A stretch of 38,834 nucleotides of DNA from Mycobacteriales bacterium (GCA_049694795.1 JBAVRG010000028.1:1-38834), one strand, 5' to 3'. Shown: positions 25,145-34,948, counted from the first letter of the stretch. Notes: generated by a model not told the origin, from the sequence alone. Numbers and translations: made by a program.

Positions 25145-27529
25145 GTGGTGGACACGGCCCAGGAGCCGCTGCTCGGTCTCAGCGCGGCCGAGGTGGAGGC
25201 GCACCGCCTCGCCGGGCACGTCAACGCCTACGAGCAGAGCACCAGCCGCTCGGTGTCGGCGATCGTCCGGGCCAACGTCGTCACCCGCTTCAACGCGATC
25301 CTGGGCGGGCTGCTGGTCGTGATCCTGGTCGTCGGGCCGCTGCAGGACGCGCTGTTCGGCCTGGTGCTGGTGAGCAACACCGCGATCGGGATCGTGCAGG
25401 AGCTGCGGGCCAAGCGGGCGCTGGACCGGCTGGCCGTCGTGACAGCACCCCGGGCGCGTGCGCTGCGGGACGGGCAGGTCACCGACATCCCGGCGGCGGA
25501 GGTCGTGAGCGAGGACGTGCTCGTCCTCGCGGCGGGCGATCAGGTGGTCGTGGACGGCCGTGTCCTCGGCGCCGACGGCCTGGAGGTCGACGAGTCGCTG
25601 CTGACCGGGGAGTCCGACCCGGTGCTCAAGGGCGTGGGCGACCTCCTGCTGTCCGGGAGCTTCGTGGTGGCGGGCGGTGGCACGGCCCGCACCACGGCGG
25701 TCGGGGCGGATGCGTACGGCGCGCAGCTGGCGCTCGAGGCCAGGCGCTTCACGCTGTTCCACTCCGAGCTGCAGGGCGGCATCAACGCGATCCTGCGAGC
25801 GATCACCTGGGTGATGCTCCCGACCGCGGTCCTGCTCGCGTGGAGCCAGCTGTACCGCTCGTCGAACCTGCGGGACGCGACCCGTGGCGCGGTGGCCGGG
25901 ACCGTCACGATGATCCCTGAGGGGCTGGTGCTGCTGACCAGCATCGCCTTCGCGGTGGGGGTGCTGCGGCTTGCCCGTCGGCAGGTGCTGGTGCAGGAGC
26001 TGCCGGCCATCGAGGGCCTCGCCCGGGTCGACACGCTGTGCATCGACAAGACCGGGACGCTGACGACCGGCCGGCTGTCGTTGGCCGAGGTGGTACCGCT
26101 GTCGAACGAGCTGCCCGTCGACGCGGCGCTGGCAGCGCTGGTCTCCGCGGAGGTGGACCCCAACCCGACGATGGCGGCGATCGCCGCCGGCGGTGGCCCG
26201 CAGCCCGCCTGGCAAGCGGTGGCGCACTGGCGCTTCTCCTCGGCGCGCAAGTGGAGCGGTGCCGACTTCGGGGAACGGGGTGCTTGGTTGCTGGGCGCTC
26301 CGGAGGTGCTGCTCGCGCAGTCGGCGACCCCGGACGGGGCCGAGGTGCTGGCCCGGGTCGAGGCCGCGACCCGGTCGGGAGGTCGGGTGCTCCTCCTGGC
26401 TGCTGCGCAGGCAGGCGCGGAGGACCCGCTGCCGACAGCGCGCCCGGCTGCGCTGGTGCTGCTGCGCGACGAGGTGCGGCCCGACGCCGAGCAGACGCTC
26501 GGCTACCTGCTGGCCGAGGGCGTGCAGGTGAAGGTGCTGTCCGGTGACCACCCCGCCACAGTCGGCGCCATCGCGCGGCAGCTCGGGCTGCCGGGGGCCG
26601 AGCACCCGGTGGACGCCCGCGGCCTGGACGCCTCGGACCTCCCCGGGCTGCAGCACGCATTGGCCGACGGGTCGGTGTTCGGGCGGGTGACGCCGCAGCA
26701 GAAGCGCGCGATGGTGACCGCCTTGCAGGCCGCCGGGCACGTGGTCGCGATGACCGGCGACGGCGTCAACGACGCGCTCGCCCTCAAGGAGGCGGACCTC
26801 GGCATCGCGATGCGCAGCGGCGCCCCGGCGACCCGCGCGGTGGCGCAGGTGGTGCTGCTCGACAGCGCCTTCAGCGCCGTCCCACGGATCGTGGGGGAGG
26901 GCAGGCGCGTCATCGCCAACGTCGAGCGGGTCGCCAACCTCTTCCTCACCAAGACGGTCTACGCGACGCTGCTCGCCCTCGCCATCGGGGTGGCCCGGCT
27001 GCCGTTCCCGTTCCTGCCGAGGCACCTGACGCTGGTCAGCGCGCTGACCATCGGGATCCCGGGCTTCTTCCTCGCCCTGGCGCCCAACGCGCGACGCGCC
27101 CGACCTGGCTTCGTGGGCCGGGTCCTGCGCTTCGCGGTCCCCGCCGGGCTGGTGGCGGCCGCGGCGACCTTCCTCACCTACGTGCTCGTGCGCAGCGAGC
27201 CGGAGGCCGACCTCGAGATGGCCCGCACCACGACCGTGATGGCGCTGTTCGGCGTCGCCCTGTGGGTGCTCGCCATCCTGTCGCGGCCGGCGACGCCGGC
27301 TCGGCAGTGGCTGGTGGTCGCGATGGCGGCAGCCTTCGTGGTGGTGCTCGCCGTACCGGCGACCCGTGAGTTCTTCGCGATCCCGCTGCCCCGGCCGCTG
27401 CTGTGGCTGGCCGCGGTCGGGGTCGTGGCCCTGTCCGGCCTCGCGCTGGAGAGCGGCTGGCGCGCGGCCGGCTGGATGAGCGGGCGCGGGCTGCTGCCTG
27501 GCGGCGACGACCGGACGGAGGAGGGGTGA
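25145..27529 (+). CDS. ctpE: Cation-translocating P-type ATPase (HAD-IC; mycobacterial CtpE-like)
   Basis: Within ORF 25034..27529. The GTG 25145/25148 start gives VVDTAQEPLLGLSAAEVEAHRL..SVSAIVRANVVTRFNAILGGLL, which parallels the CtpE N-terminus. Motifs TGESDPV, CIDKTGTLTTG, MTGDGVNDALALKEADLGIAM. GGAGG lies 12 nt upstream. Confidence 0.85.
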   Translation: MVDTAQEPLLGLSAAEVEAHRLAGHVNAYEQSTSRSVSAIVRANVVTRFNAILGGLLVVILVVGPLQDALFGLVLVSNTAIGIVQELRAKRALDRLAVVTAPRARALRDGQVTDIPAAEVVSEDVLVLAAGDQVVVDGRVLGADGLEVDESLLTGESDPVLKGVGDLLLSGSFVVAGGGTARTTAVGADAYGAQLALEARRFTLFHSELQGGINAILRAITWVMLPTAVLLAWSQLYRSSNLRDATRGAVAGTVTMIPEGLVLLTSIAFAVGVLRLARRQVLVQELPAIEGLARVDTLCIDKTGTLTTGRLSLAEVVPLSNELPVDAALAALVSAEVDPNPTMAAIAAGGGPQPAWQAVAHWRFSSARKWSGADFGERGAWLLGAPEVLLAQSATPDGAEVLARVEAATRSGGRVLLLAAAQAGAEDPLPTARPAALVLLRDEVRPDAEQTLGYLLAEGVQVKVLSGDHPATVGAIARQLGLPGAEHPVDARGLDASDLPGLQHALADGSVFGRVTPQQKRAMVTALQAAGHVVAMTGDGVNDALALKEADLGIAMRSGAPATRAVAQVVLLDSAFSAVPRIVGEGRRVIANVERVANLFLTKTVYATLLALAIGVARLPFPFLPRHLTLVSALTIGIPGFFLALAPNARRARPGFVGRVLRFAVPAGLVAAAATFLTYVLVRSEPEADLEMARTTTVMALFGVALWVLAILSRPATPARQWLVVAMAAAFVVVLAVPATREFFAIPLPRPLLWLAAVGVVALSGLALESGWRAAGWMSGRGLLPGGDDRTEEG

Positions 27530-27617
27530 GAGGGGACCAAGGTCCCGCGGCAGCGGGACTCGTGGCGGTCCGCGCGAGCGGCCCCGCGCGGTCTACTGCG
27601 AGCAGGAGGTGGCTGCC

Positions 27618-28115
27618 ATGCCGGTCGTGAGCGCGCGGCTCGCAGCGCTGGTGGTGCTGTCCCTGACCGCCGCGTGCGGCGGCGGTTCCGACACCGTGGT
27701 CCGGCGGCCGGCCACGCCCACGGTGACGGTCCCCGTCACCGCGAGCAGCGCCCCCTCGCAGGCGCCGACAAGGGTCCCGAGACACCCCGTGGTGGCGGTG
27801 CGACCGGCCACCGGCCTTGCCGACGGGCAGTCCGTCGCCGTGTCGGGCAGCGGCTTCTCCCCGGGCCTGAGCCTGGTCGTGGTGCAGTGCGCAGCACGGG
27901 GGAGCGCGACCACGTCCGGCGACTGCAACCTGCCCGACCTGGTGAGCGTCCAGACGGATGCGGAGGGCAAGGTCGCGGCGCGCCTGACCGTGCGCCGAGG
28001 GCCGTTCGGCGGGTCGGGCTCGGTGTGCAGCGCGCGGCAGCCCTGCCTCGTCTCGGTCAGCGAGGCGACGCTGTCCCCTGCTGAGGAGGCGGACGCGCCG
28101 ATCAGCTTCCGCTGA
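27618..28115 (+). CDS. Lipoprotein with a neocarzinostatin-family (enediyne apoprotein-like) beta-sandwich domain
   Basis: Within ORF 27609..28115. ATG 27618 has AGGAGG 8 nt upstream. Lipobox LSLTAACG. The domain TGLADGQSVAVSGSGFSPG..VVVQCA..GDCN..VQTDAEGKVAARLTVRRGPF..CSARQPCLVSVSE..APISF parallels the NCS apoprotein (SGLSDGTVVKVAGAG..VGQCA..ACN..TADANG..LTVRRSF..C..ACQVGLSD..VAISF). Confidence 0.75.
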   Translation: MPVVSARLAALVVLSLTAACGGGSDTVVRRPATPTVTVPVTASSAPSQAPTRVPRHPVVAVRPATGLADGQSVAVSGSGFSPGLSLVVVQCAARGSATTSGDCNLPDLVSVQTDAEGKVAARLTVRRGPFGGSGSVCSARQPCLVSVSEATLSPAEEADAPISFR

Positions 28116-28812
28116 CCGGTTCGAGGACGCAGCCGTCCTGCATGTGCACGACCCGGTCCGCGGCTGCGGCGACCCGCTCGTCGTGGGTGACCACCAGAAC
28201 GGTCAGCCCGCGGTGCTGGTCCTGCAGGCGCTGCAGGAGGTCGATGACGTGCGTGACCGCAGCCATGTCGAGGTTGCCTGTGGGCTCGTCGGCGAGCAGA
28301 ACCGGCGGGTCGTTGGCGAGTGCACGGGCGATCGCCACGCGCTGGCGCTCACCACCGGACAGCTTCGTCGGGGGCCGGGTGGCGCAGTCGGCCAGCTCCA
28401 CCGCCTCGAGCAGCTCCGCGGCCCGCTGCTGCCGCTCGCGCCGTGAGCGACCGGTGCCGAACATCGCCACCTCGACGTTCTGCTGGGCGGTCAGGTGCGG
28501 CACCAGGTTGTGCAGCTGGAAGACCAGACCGATGCGCGTACGGCGGAAGCCGGCCCGGTCCCTCAGCCCGGCCAGGTCCTCGCCGGCGACGGTGATGCTC
28601 CCCGAGGTCGGGGTGTCCAGTGCGGCCAGCAGGTGCAGCAGGGTGGACTTGCCGCACCCGGACGGGCCGGTCACGGCGACGCACTCGCCCTGACGGACCT
28701 CCAGCGAGACGCCGTTGAGCGCACGCACCGCTCCCTCGTCGAAGTGCTTCACGAGGTCGCGGACCTGGATCGTCGCCTCGCTCCCGGCTGTCTCCCTCAT
28801 GGCCTCACTCAT
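28102..28812 (-). CDS. ABC transporter ATP-binding protein, MacB/LolD/FtsE type
   Basis: ORF 28102..28812. Walker A GPSGCGKSTLL, Q-loop VFQLHNL, signature [15 protein letters not shown], Walker B VLLADEPTGNLD. The start overlaps the FtsX permease stop by 8 nt. Confidence 0.9.
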   Translation of the reverse strand: MSEAMRETAGSEATIQVRDLVKHFDEGAVRALNGVSLEVRQGECVAVTGPSGCGKSTLLHLLAALDTPTSGSITVAGEDLAGLRDRAGFRRTRIGLVFQLHNLVPHLTAQQNVEVAMFGTGRSRRERQQRAAELLEAVELADCATRPPTKLSGGERQRVAIARALANDPPVLLADEPTGNLDMAAVTHVIDLLQRLQDQHRGLTVLVVTHDERVAAAADRVVHMQDGCVLEPVSGS

Positions 28813-29920
28813 GACGCAGCGCTTCCAGCGGGGCGAGCCAGGCCGCCTTCGCGGCCGGGTAGAGCGCGCCCAGCAGGCTCATGGTGAACGCCGTCTCGAG
28901 GGCGCGCCAGAACGTGCCCGCCTGGTAGTCCGGGTGCAGCACCCCCTGCAGGCCGGGCAGGTGCTGGACCGCCTGGGTCGCCCCGAACGAGCCGGCCACG
29001 CCGAGGACGGCGCCGAGCAGGCCGATCACCAGCGACTCGCCGAGGACCATCGCCATCACCCGGCGCCTCGTCCACCCGATGGCGCTGAGGATGCCGAACT
29101 CGCGGATGCGCTCGAGGAACGTCATGAGCATGGTGCTCATGACGATCACCGCTCCGATCAGGACGGCCAGGACGGTGGTGCCGCGGTCGGCGGCGTTGAT
29201 GAGCGACAGGCTCCGGTCCGCCCGACCGAACTCCGCGATGGTGCGCACCGCCACCAGCTGCGGGTTGTCCGCGTCGACCCGGCGCTGGAGCGCCTGCACG
29301 TCCGTGCCGGGCGTCGCCCTGACGAACAGCAGGGTGAGCTGACCCGGTTGCCGCTGCGCGGCCTGGAAGGGGATCAGCGGGAACATCGCCCCTGCGTCGC
29401 CGAGCGCCTGGCCGGTGTCGTAGATCCCCACCACCTGGTAGGGGTTGTCGATCACCACCGTGTCGCCGACCTTCTTGTGCAGTGTGCGCGCGGCCCGCCA
29501 GCCGAGCATCACCTCGTGCTCCGCGTGCCCGTCGAAGGCGCGGCCCTCGACCACGGTCACGCCGAACTCCGCGAGCTCCTGCGGCGCGATGCCGATCTCG
29601 ACGAATAGCGGGTTGTCGGGGCCGACCCGCGTCGTCCCGAGCAGGACCCCCGTGACGTTGGCGACCCCGGGGTAGGTCTTGACCGTCGCCACCTCGTCCT
29701 GGTTGATGTTGCTGTTGAGGAGGTCCGAGACGCCCTTCTGCGCGATGGTGAAGTCGGCGCGACCGGTCTGCATCAGAGCCAGTGCGCTCGAGCGCAGGCT
29801 GTGGTTGACGACGGACAGCGTGACGACAGCCAGCACGCCGATCGCGACGGCCAGTGCGGCGAACGCCAGCCGCAGCTTGCGGACCCAGAGGTTGTGCCCG
29901 ACGAGCCCCAGGAAGGTCAT
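28805..29920 (-). CDS. FtsX/MacB-family ABC permease (TM1, about 200-aa extracytoplasmic domain, 3 TM)
   Basis: This is the C-terminal 371 aa of ORF 28805..30430, starting at ATG 29920 (MTFLGLVGHNLWVRKLRLAFAALAVAIGVLAVV). FtsX domain: FLERIREFGILSAIGWTRRRVMAMVLGESLVIG. ATGA overlap with the upstream ABC-2 permease. Confidence 0.85.
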   Translation of the reverse strand: MTFLGLVGHNLWVRKLRLAFAALAVAIGVLAVVTLSVVNHSLRSSALALMQTGRADFTIAQKGVSDLLNSNINQDEVATVKTYPGVANVTGVLLGTTRVGPDNPLFVEIGIAPQELAEFGVTVVEGRAFDGHAEHEVMLGWRAARTLHKKVGDTVVIDNPYQVVGIYDTGQALGDAGAMFPLIPFQAAQRQPGQLTLLFVRATPGTDVQALQRRVDADNPQLVAVRTIAEFGRADRSLSLINAADRGTTVLAVLIGAVIVMSTMLMTFLERIREFGILSAIGWTRRRVMAMVLGESLVIGLLGAVLGVAGSFGATQAVQHLPGLQGVLHPDYQAGTFWRALETAFTMSLLGALYPAAKAAWLAPLEALRHE

Positions 29921-30759
29921 GGTCCACCCGCCCGTCGCCGCAGGTTCAGCCGCCTGGTGACCGCCCCGGGCTCCCACGAGAAGAGGGCGACCATGACGAT
30001 CGCCGCCCCGAGGCCCCAGGCCAGCAGCACGAGCAGCTGGGTCGTCGTGACCGGCCAGCCGCTTCCCGGCTCGCGGAGGACCTTCTCGGCGGGTCGGGAG
30101 ACGGCCGACACCGGGAAGGCGGCGGCGATGTGCTTGAGCGCCTCCGGCGCGTTGGCGACCGGGAAGAAGATGTCCGAGACGAACGCGATCGGCAGGAAGC
30201 TGCCGTACGCCACCGGGAGCGCGGAGTCGGTGGTGTGCACGAAGGCGCTCAGCGCCACGCCCATCAGCGAGAAGCACACCGCGCCCAGCGCCATGACGGC
30301 GCACAGGTAGCCGACCTGGGCCGGGTCGAGGCGCACCCGGAGGAAGGCCACCCCGGTGAGCATCACGACCCAGAACGCCACGCCGCCGACGACCGTGGCT
30401 GCGCCCATCCGCCCCACGACGTAGGCCCACAGGGGGAGTGGGCTGCTGTGGAGGCGCTTGAGGACGCCGGCCTCCCGTGAGGTCACCACCGACGTCGCCA
30501 CGTTGATGTAGGCCGCGTTGAGCAGGGCGAACGTCGCCATGGCCGGCGTCGCGAAGTCGGCGTACCGCGCGTAGCCCTGGTCTCTCATGCTGTCCTGGGT
30601 GTTCACGATGTTGAGCGCGCCCAGCAGCATCAGGGGAACCACGAGGACGGTGAAGGTGCCCAGCGGGCTGCGGGTCAGCAGCAGCAGCTGGTAGCCCACC
30701 TGCCGCCAGGCCAGCGACGCGCCGTGTCGCGCCGTGTGCTCCCGGGGCGCCCGGCTCAC
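29917..30759 (-). CDS. ABC-2 type (DrrB-like) exporter permease, about 6 TM
   Basis: This is the C-terminal 280 aa of ORF 29917..31479. GTG 30759 overlaps the ATPase stop (GTGA). Hydrophobic segments LLLLTRSPLGTFTVLVVPLMLLGAL, PLWAYVVGRMGAATVVGGVAFWVVML and LLVLLAWGLGAAIVMVALF. Confidence 0.8.
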   Translation of the reverse strand: MSRAPREHTARHGASLAWRQVGYQLLLLTRSPLGTFTVLVVPLMLLGALNIVNTQDSMRDQGYARYADFATPAMATFALLNAAYINVATSVVTSREAGVLKRLHSSPLPLWAYVVGRMGAATVVGGVAFWVVMLTGVAFLRVRLDPAQVGYLCAVMALGAVCFSLMGVALSAFVHTTDSALPVAYGSFLPIAFVSDIFFPVANAPEALKHIAAAFPVSAVSRPAEKVLREPGSGWPVTTTQLLVLLAWGLGAAIVMVALFSWEPGAVTRRLNLRRRAGGP

Positions 30760-31682
30760 GGCTGCGGCCTTCCTTGCTCGGTGAGGCTGAGGTAGGCCTC
30801 CTCGAGGCTGGGCCGGGTGACCGTCAGCCCTATGAGCTCCTCGCCCCGCCCGACCGCCCAGCCCGTGACCAGCGCGAGCGCTGCCGTCGGCTCGCTGGAG
30901 CGCAGTACGACGTCCTCGCCGCCCTGGCTCTCGACCTCGTAGGGGCCGGAGGGGAGCTCCGCCACCCAGCCGGGGTACGGCGCCAGGAAGCTGATGCGGA
31001 CCTCGGCGAGGTTGCGGCCGGCCAGGGTGGAGGGCGTCGACTCCTCCACGACGCGCCCGTGCCCGATCACGGCCACCCGGTCGGCGAGGTGCTGGACCTC
31101 GTCCATGTAGTGCGAGGTGAGCAGCACCGTGGTGCCCTGGTCCCTCAGCTGTGCGACGAGGTCCCAGGCCTCGCGCCGGGACAGCGGGTCCAGGCCGGTC
31201 GTGGGCTCGTCCAGGAACAGCAGCTGGGGGTCTCCCACCAGAGCGAGGGCGAGGTCGAGCCGTCGGAGCTGGCCCCCCGAGAGGTTGCGCACCCGCTCGG
31301 CGCGCTTGCCCGACAGGCTGACCAGGTCCAGCACCTCGTCGGTCGGCTTGGGCCGGCGGTAGAAGCCGGCGTACAGGCGGACCGTCTCGGTGAGGGTCAG
31401 GTCGGCGTCGATACCGGCCGTCTGGAGCACCACCCCGATCAGCTGTCGCAGCGCCCGGCCGTCGTGCCAGGGGTCGCACCCGAGGACGTCCACGGTCCCC
31501 GCCGTCCTCCGCCGGTGCCCGGTGAGGATCTCGACGGTGGTGGTCTTGCCGGCCCCGTTGGGGCCCAGCAGCGCGAAGACCTCGCCCCGCTGCACCGTGA
31601 AGCTGATGTCGTCCACGGCCCGCGTGCCGCCGCCGTACTCCTTCATGAGGTGAGCCACGGTGATCACCGGCGGTGGTGACAT
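30756..31682 (-). CDS. ABC transporter ATP-binding protein, DrrA/daunorubicin-resistance type
   Basis: ORF 30756..31682. Walker A GPNGAGKTTT, signature LSGGQLRRLDLALAL, Walker B LLFLDEPTTGLD, plus a C-terminal regulatory extension. Confidence 0.9.
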   Translation of the reverse strand: MSPPPVITVAHLMKEYGGGTRAVDDISFTVQRGEVFALLGPNGAGKTTTVEILTGHRRRTAGTVDVLGCDPWHDGRALRQLIGVVLQTAGIDADLTLTETVRLYAGFYRRPKPTDEVLDLVSLSGKRAERVRNLSGGQLRRLDLALALVGDPQLLFLDEPTTGLDPLSRREAWDLVAQLRDQGTTVLLTSHYMDEVQHLADRVAVIGHGRVVEESTPSTLAGRNLAEVRISFLAPYPGWVAELPSGPYEVESQGGEDVVLRSSEPTAALALVTGWAVGRGEELIGLTVTRPSLEEAYLSLTEQGRPQP

Positions 31683-31758
31683 GGGCTCAGCCTGCAGTCC
31701 CGCCGCGGGTGCGGAACAGGGCCGGAAGTCCCCGGCCGCGCAGCAGCCGGGGCCGGGG

Positions 31759-34700
31759 CTACTCCGCCGGGTCGTGGGCCTCGGGACGCGGTGACACGGC
31801 GGGGATCACGTCGCCGCTGCGTGGTTGCCCCCAGAGCCAGCCCTGTCCGTGGACGGACATCCCGCGCAGGGCGTCGAGCTGGACGTCGGTCTCGATGCCT
31901 TCGACCACGCACGGGACGTCGAGCTCGTAGGCCATCGAGATGACGCCGTGGACGACGGCGGTGTGGGCCTTCTGCGCGGGGAGCCCGGCGGCGAAGGTCG
32001 AGTCGATCTTCAGGACGTCGACCGGGAGCACGGTGAGGTTCTGCAGGGTCGCGTAGGCCGTGCCGAAGTCGTCGATCGCGACCCGCACGCCCTGCTGCCG
32101 AAGCTCGGCGAGGTCGTTGAGCGCTGATGGTCCGGCGCGCAGGATCGAGGACTCGGTGATCTCGAGGACGAGCCGGGACGGGTCGACGTCGTTGCGGTCC
32201 AGTGCTTGCAGGACGCGGCTGCCGAAGTCGCGTCCGGTGAGCTCTCTGGCGCTGATGTTGACGGCCACCGACATGTGCGTCGGCCAGGTCTTCACGGCCT
32301 GCAGCGCCAGCTGCAGGACCCGGTCGCCGACCCGCTCGGCCAGCCCGGCCTGCTCGGCCGCCACGATCGAGGGCAACGTCGGGAGCGCCCGTCCGTCACG
32401 GTCGGTGAGCCGCAGCAGTGCCTCGGCTCCCGTCACGAGGCCGCTGTCGACGTCGACGACTGGCTGGTAGACGAGCGCCAGGCGGTCCTGCGCGAGTCCG
32501 TCGCGGACGGCCTGCTCGAGGACGTGGCGGGCCTCGGTGCGCTCTCGCAGGTCGGCGTCGAACAGGTCGTGCCGATCGCGGCCGCGTTCCTTGGCCTGGT
32601 ACATCGCCGCGTCGGCGCGACGGAGCAGCTGCTCGGGCTGGACGTCCGGCTCGTGGGCGAGGTCGACCCGGGCGATGCCGATGCTGGCCGAGACGGTCAG
32701 GGCCGCGCCGCCGGCGACGACCTGGCGACGCACCGTGGTCCCGACCCTGTCGGCGACGCTGCGCACGTAGCTCAGCCCCTCGTCCTGGTCGAGCAGCACC
32801 ACGAACTCGTCGCCACCGACCCGGGCCACGGTGTCGCTGGGGCGCAGCACCCGCACCAGGTCGGTCGCGATGCTGACGAGCAGGTCGTCGCCGGCGTCGT
32901 GCCCGGCCCGGTCGTTGACGGCCTTGAAGCCGTCCAGGTCCACGAACAGCGCAGACATGTGGGTGCTCGACCGGCCGCTTCGGGCGGCGGCGAACGCCTG
33001 CTCGCAGCGCTCCATGAGCAGCCGCCGGTTCGGCAGCCCCGTCAGCTCGTCGTGCAGCGCGAGCTCGGTCAGACGCCGCTCGGCGAGCCGGCGCGCCGTG
33101 ACGTCCTGCACCTGCGCCAGCAGCACCCGCCGCCCCTCCGGCTCGGTGAGCCACCCCACCGCCACCAGAGCCCACACAGGACGGCCCTGGGCGTGCCGCA
33201 GCGCGATCTCGGAACGCAGCTCGCCCTGACCGCTGCTGATGATCGACTCGAGGCGCTGCCGATCGGCGGGCTCGACCAGGCTGCTGAGGGTCCGACCAGC
33301 GAGCTCGTCGGTGGCGACCCCCAGCAGGGCGGACAGCGCCGCGTTGGAGCGCAGGATCACCCCGGTCTCATCGGCGAGCGCCTTGCCCGTGAGCCCCTCG
33401 TCGAAGACCCGCCGGAAGCGGTCCTCGCTCGCCGCAAGCGCCTCGGCGGCGGCACGCTGCTGCCGCTGGTCCACGACGAAGCAGACCATCCGCGACACCG
33501 TCTCGCCGTCGTCACGCAGCACCACGACGCTGACCAGCACGGGCAGCGCCGAGCCGTCACGTCGACGGTACGTGCGCTCGGTGATGTAGCTGGGCAGCGA
33601 GCCCGTCGCCACTGCCTCCATCGTCTCGGAGATCGCGGCGACGGAGCTCGGGTCGGCGAGCTCGGCAGCGTTCATGGTGAGCAGCTCCTCGACCGAGTAG
33701 CCGAGCATCTGCGCCAGCGCCTCGTTGACCGACAAGATCGTCCCGCTGGCCGTTCCTTCGAGGATGCCGATCGGCGACTCCGCGAACAGGGCCGTGGCGT
33801 GGCGCCGTTCCTCGTCCACCCGGGTCAGCTCGCGGGCCCGCCGGCGCTCTGCCCGTCCTGCGACAGCCATGCCCGCGAGCACCAGCAGCAGGGCGACCCC
33901 GACGGTGGCCAGCAGGTCGCGGCGGAACGCCGCAGTCGGCGCGAGGGCGACGCTCGTCGGCATGGTGGCCGTGACCGTCCAACCGAGACCAGGCACCGGG
34001 GCGGCGGTGAGGAGGTGGCCCCCTCGGTCGGTGCTCACGCGCCGACCGGCGAGCGCCTGCCGGGTCGTGAGAGGCACCGTGGTCGGAGTGGGCTGCCCGC
34101 GGTCGTCGACGGCCAGCTCATCGGTCAGCGGGACCCCGTGCTGGTCGGTGACCGTGAGCGCGATGCCGTCGTCACGCAACGACCCCTCCGCCACCGCCCG
34201 GACGGTGTCGAGCTGCCAGAGGACGGTGAGGTAACCCAGCCGACGCGTCCCGTCGACCACCGGTGCCGCCACCCCGACCACGAGCGGGTGCCCGCTCGCG
34301 GCCGACCGGTACGCCGCCGACACGTAAGGGCGCCCCGTCGCCGAGACACCCCGGTACCAGTCCCTGAACGAGAAGTCCTTCCCGATGAGACTGGGCTGCG
34401 CGGGGTAGATCACGGCGCTGCGCCCAGACAGGTCGCTCAGGAACGCCGCGGGCGCGTCCTTGCCGAGCGCCAGTGTCGCGAGGTCCTCCTCGGCCGCAGC
34501 TGCTGAGACCCGACCGGGCACGCGAAGCGCCGCGATCACCTGAGGGCCACTGGCCCCCGCCTGGACCGTCGCCGTGAAGTCCTCGCCTTGCCGCACCAGG
34601 GCCCGCACGGCGGCATCCGCGTTGGAACCGACCCGCAGGGCGGCCTGCTGCCGGACGGTGCGCTCCTGCTGCTGGACTGCCACCGCGCCCACCGTCGCGA

Positions 34701-34866
34701 GGAGCAGGACCGCCAAGAGCGCGCCCAGAACGGCCGGAGCCTCGGGGTGCCCACGCCCGGGCCACCTGCTCAGGCCGCCGCTCTTTCCCGCCTCCACCAC
34801 AAGCACAGTGCCATCCATGCCCAACGCGGTCGACTGGGCTGCTCCGACAAGCCGGGCACCGCCCAT
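31759..34866 (-). CDS. Membrane sensor: extracytoplasmic Cache-like domain, 2x PAS, GGDEF, EAL
   Basis: Within ORF 31759..35241. Start is ATG 34866 (AGGGG 8 nt upstream) or ATG 34818. TM LGALLAVLLLATVGAVAV; Cache hallmark KDFSFRDWY; second TM; PAS (ILSVNEALAQMLGYSVEEL; ILRSNAALSALLGV). GGDEF: DELTGLPNRR, canonical I-site RPSD 5 aa before VGGDEFVV. EAL: GAEALLRL, EITES, DDFGTAYATL, KIDSTF, EGIET. Confidence 0.88.
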   Translation of the reverse strand: MGGARLVGAAQSTALGMDGTVLVVEAGKSGGLSRWPGRGHPEAPAVLGALLAVLLLATVGAVAVQQQERTVRQQAALRVGSNADAAVRALVRQGEDFTATVQAGASGPQVIAALRVPGRVSAAAAEEDLATLALGKDAPAAFLSDLSGRSAVIYPAQPSLIGKDFSFRDWYRGVSATGRPYVSAAYRSAASGHPLVVGVAAPVVDGTRRLGYLTVLWQLDTVRAVAEGSLRDDGIALTVTDQHGVPLTDELAVDDRGQPTPTTVPLTTRQALAGRRVSTDRGGHLLTAAPVPGLGWTVTATMPTSVALAPTAAFRRDLLATVGVALLLVLAGMAVAGRAERRRARELTRVDEERRHATALFAESPIGILEGTASGTILSVNEALAQMLGYSVEELLTMNAAELADPSSVAAISETMEAVATGSLPSYITERTYRRRDGSALPVLVSVVVLRDDGETVSRMVCFVVDQRQQRAAAEALAASEDRFRRVFDEGLTGKALADETGVILRSNAALSALLGVATDELAGRTLSSLVEPADRQRLESIISSGQGELRSEIALRHAQGRPVWALVAVGWLTEPEGRRVLLAQVQDVTARRLAERRLTELALHDELTGLPNRRLLMERCEQAFAAARSGRSSTHMSALFVDLDGFKAVNDRAGHDAGDDLLVSIATDLVRVLRPSDTVARVGGDEFVVLLDQDEGLSYVRSVADRVGTTVRRQVVAGGAALTVSASIGIARVDLAHEPDVQPEQLLRRADAAMYQAKERGRDRHDLFDADLRERTEARHVLEQAVRDGLAQDRLALVYQPVVDVDSGLVTGAEALLRLTDRDGRALPTLPSIVAAEQAGLAERVGDRVLQLALQAVKTWPTHMSVAVNISARELTGRDFGSRVLQALDRNDVDPSRLVLEITESSILRAGPSALNDLAELRQQGVRVAIDDFGTAYATLQNLTVLPVDVLKIDSTFAAGLPAQKAHTAVVHGVISMAYELDVPCVVEGIETDVQLDALRGMSVHGQGWLWGQPRSGDVIPAVSPRPEAHDPAE

Positions 34867-34948
34867 CGAACTGCCCCTGGTGGGCTGCGGTGAGATCACC
34901 GCCGAGGTGAACAGGTCGTTCTCGGAGGGCCGCGCTGGCCCGCTGGCC

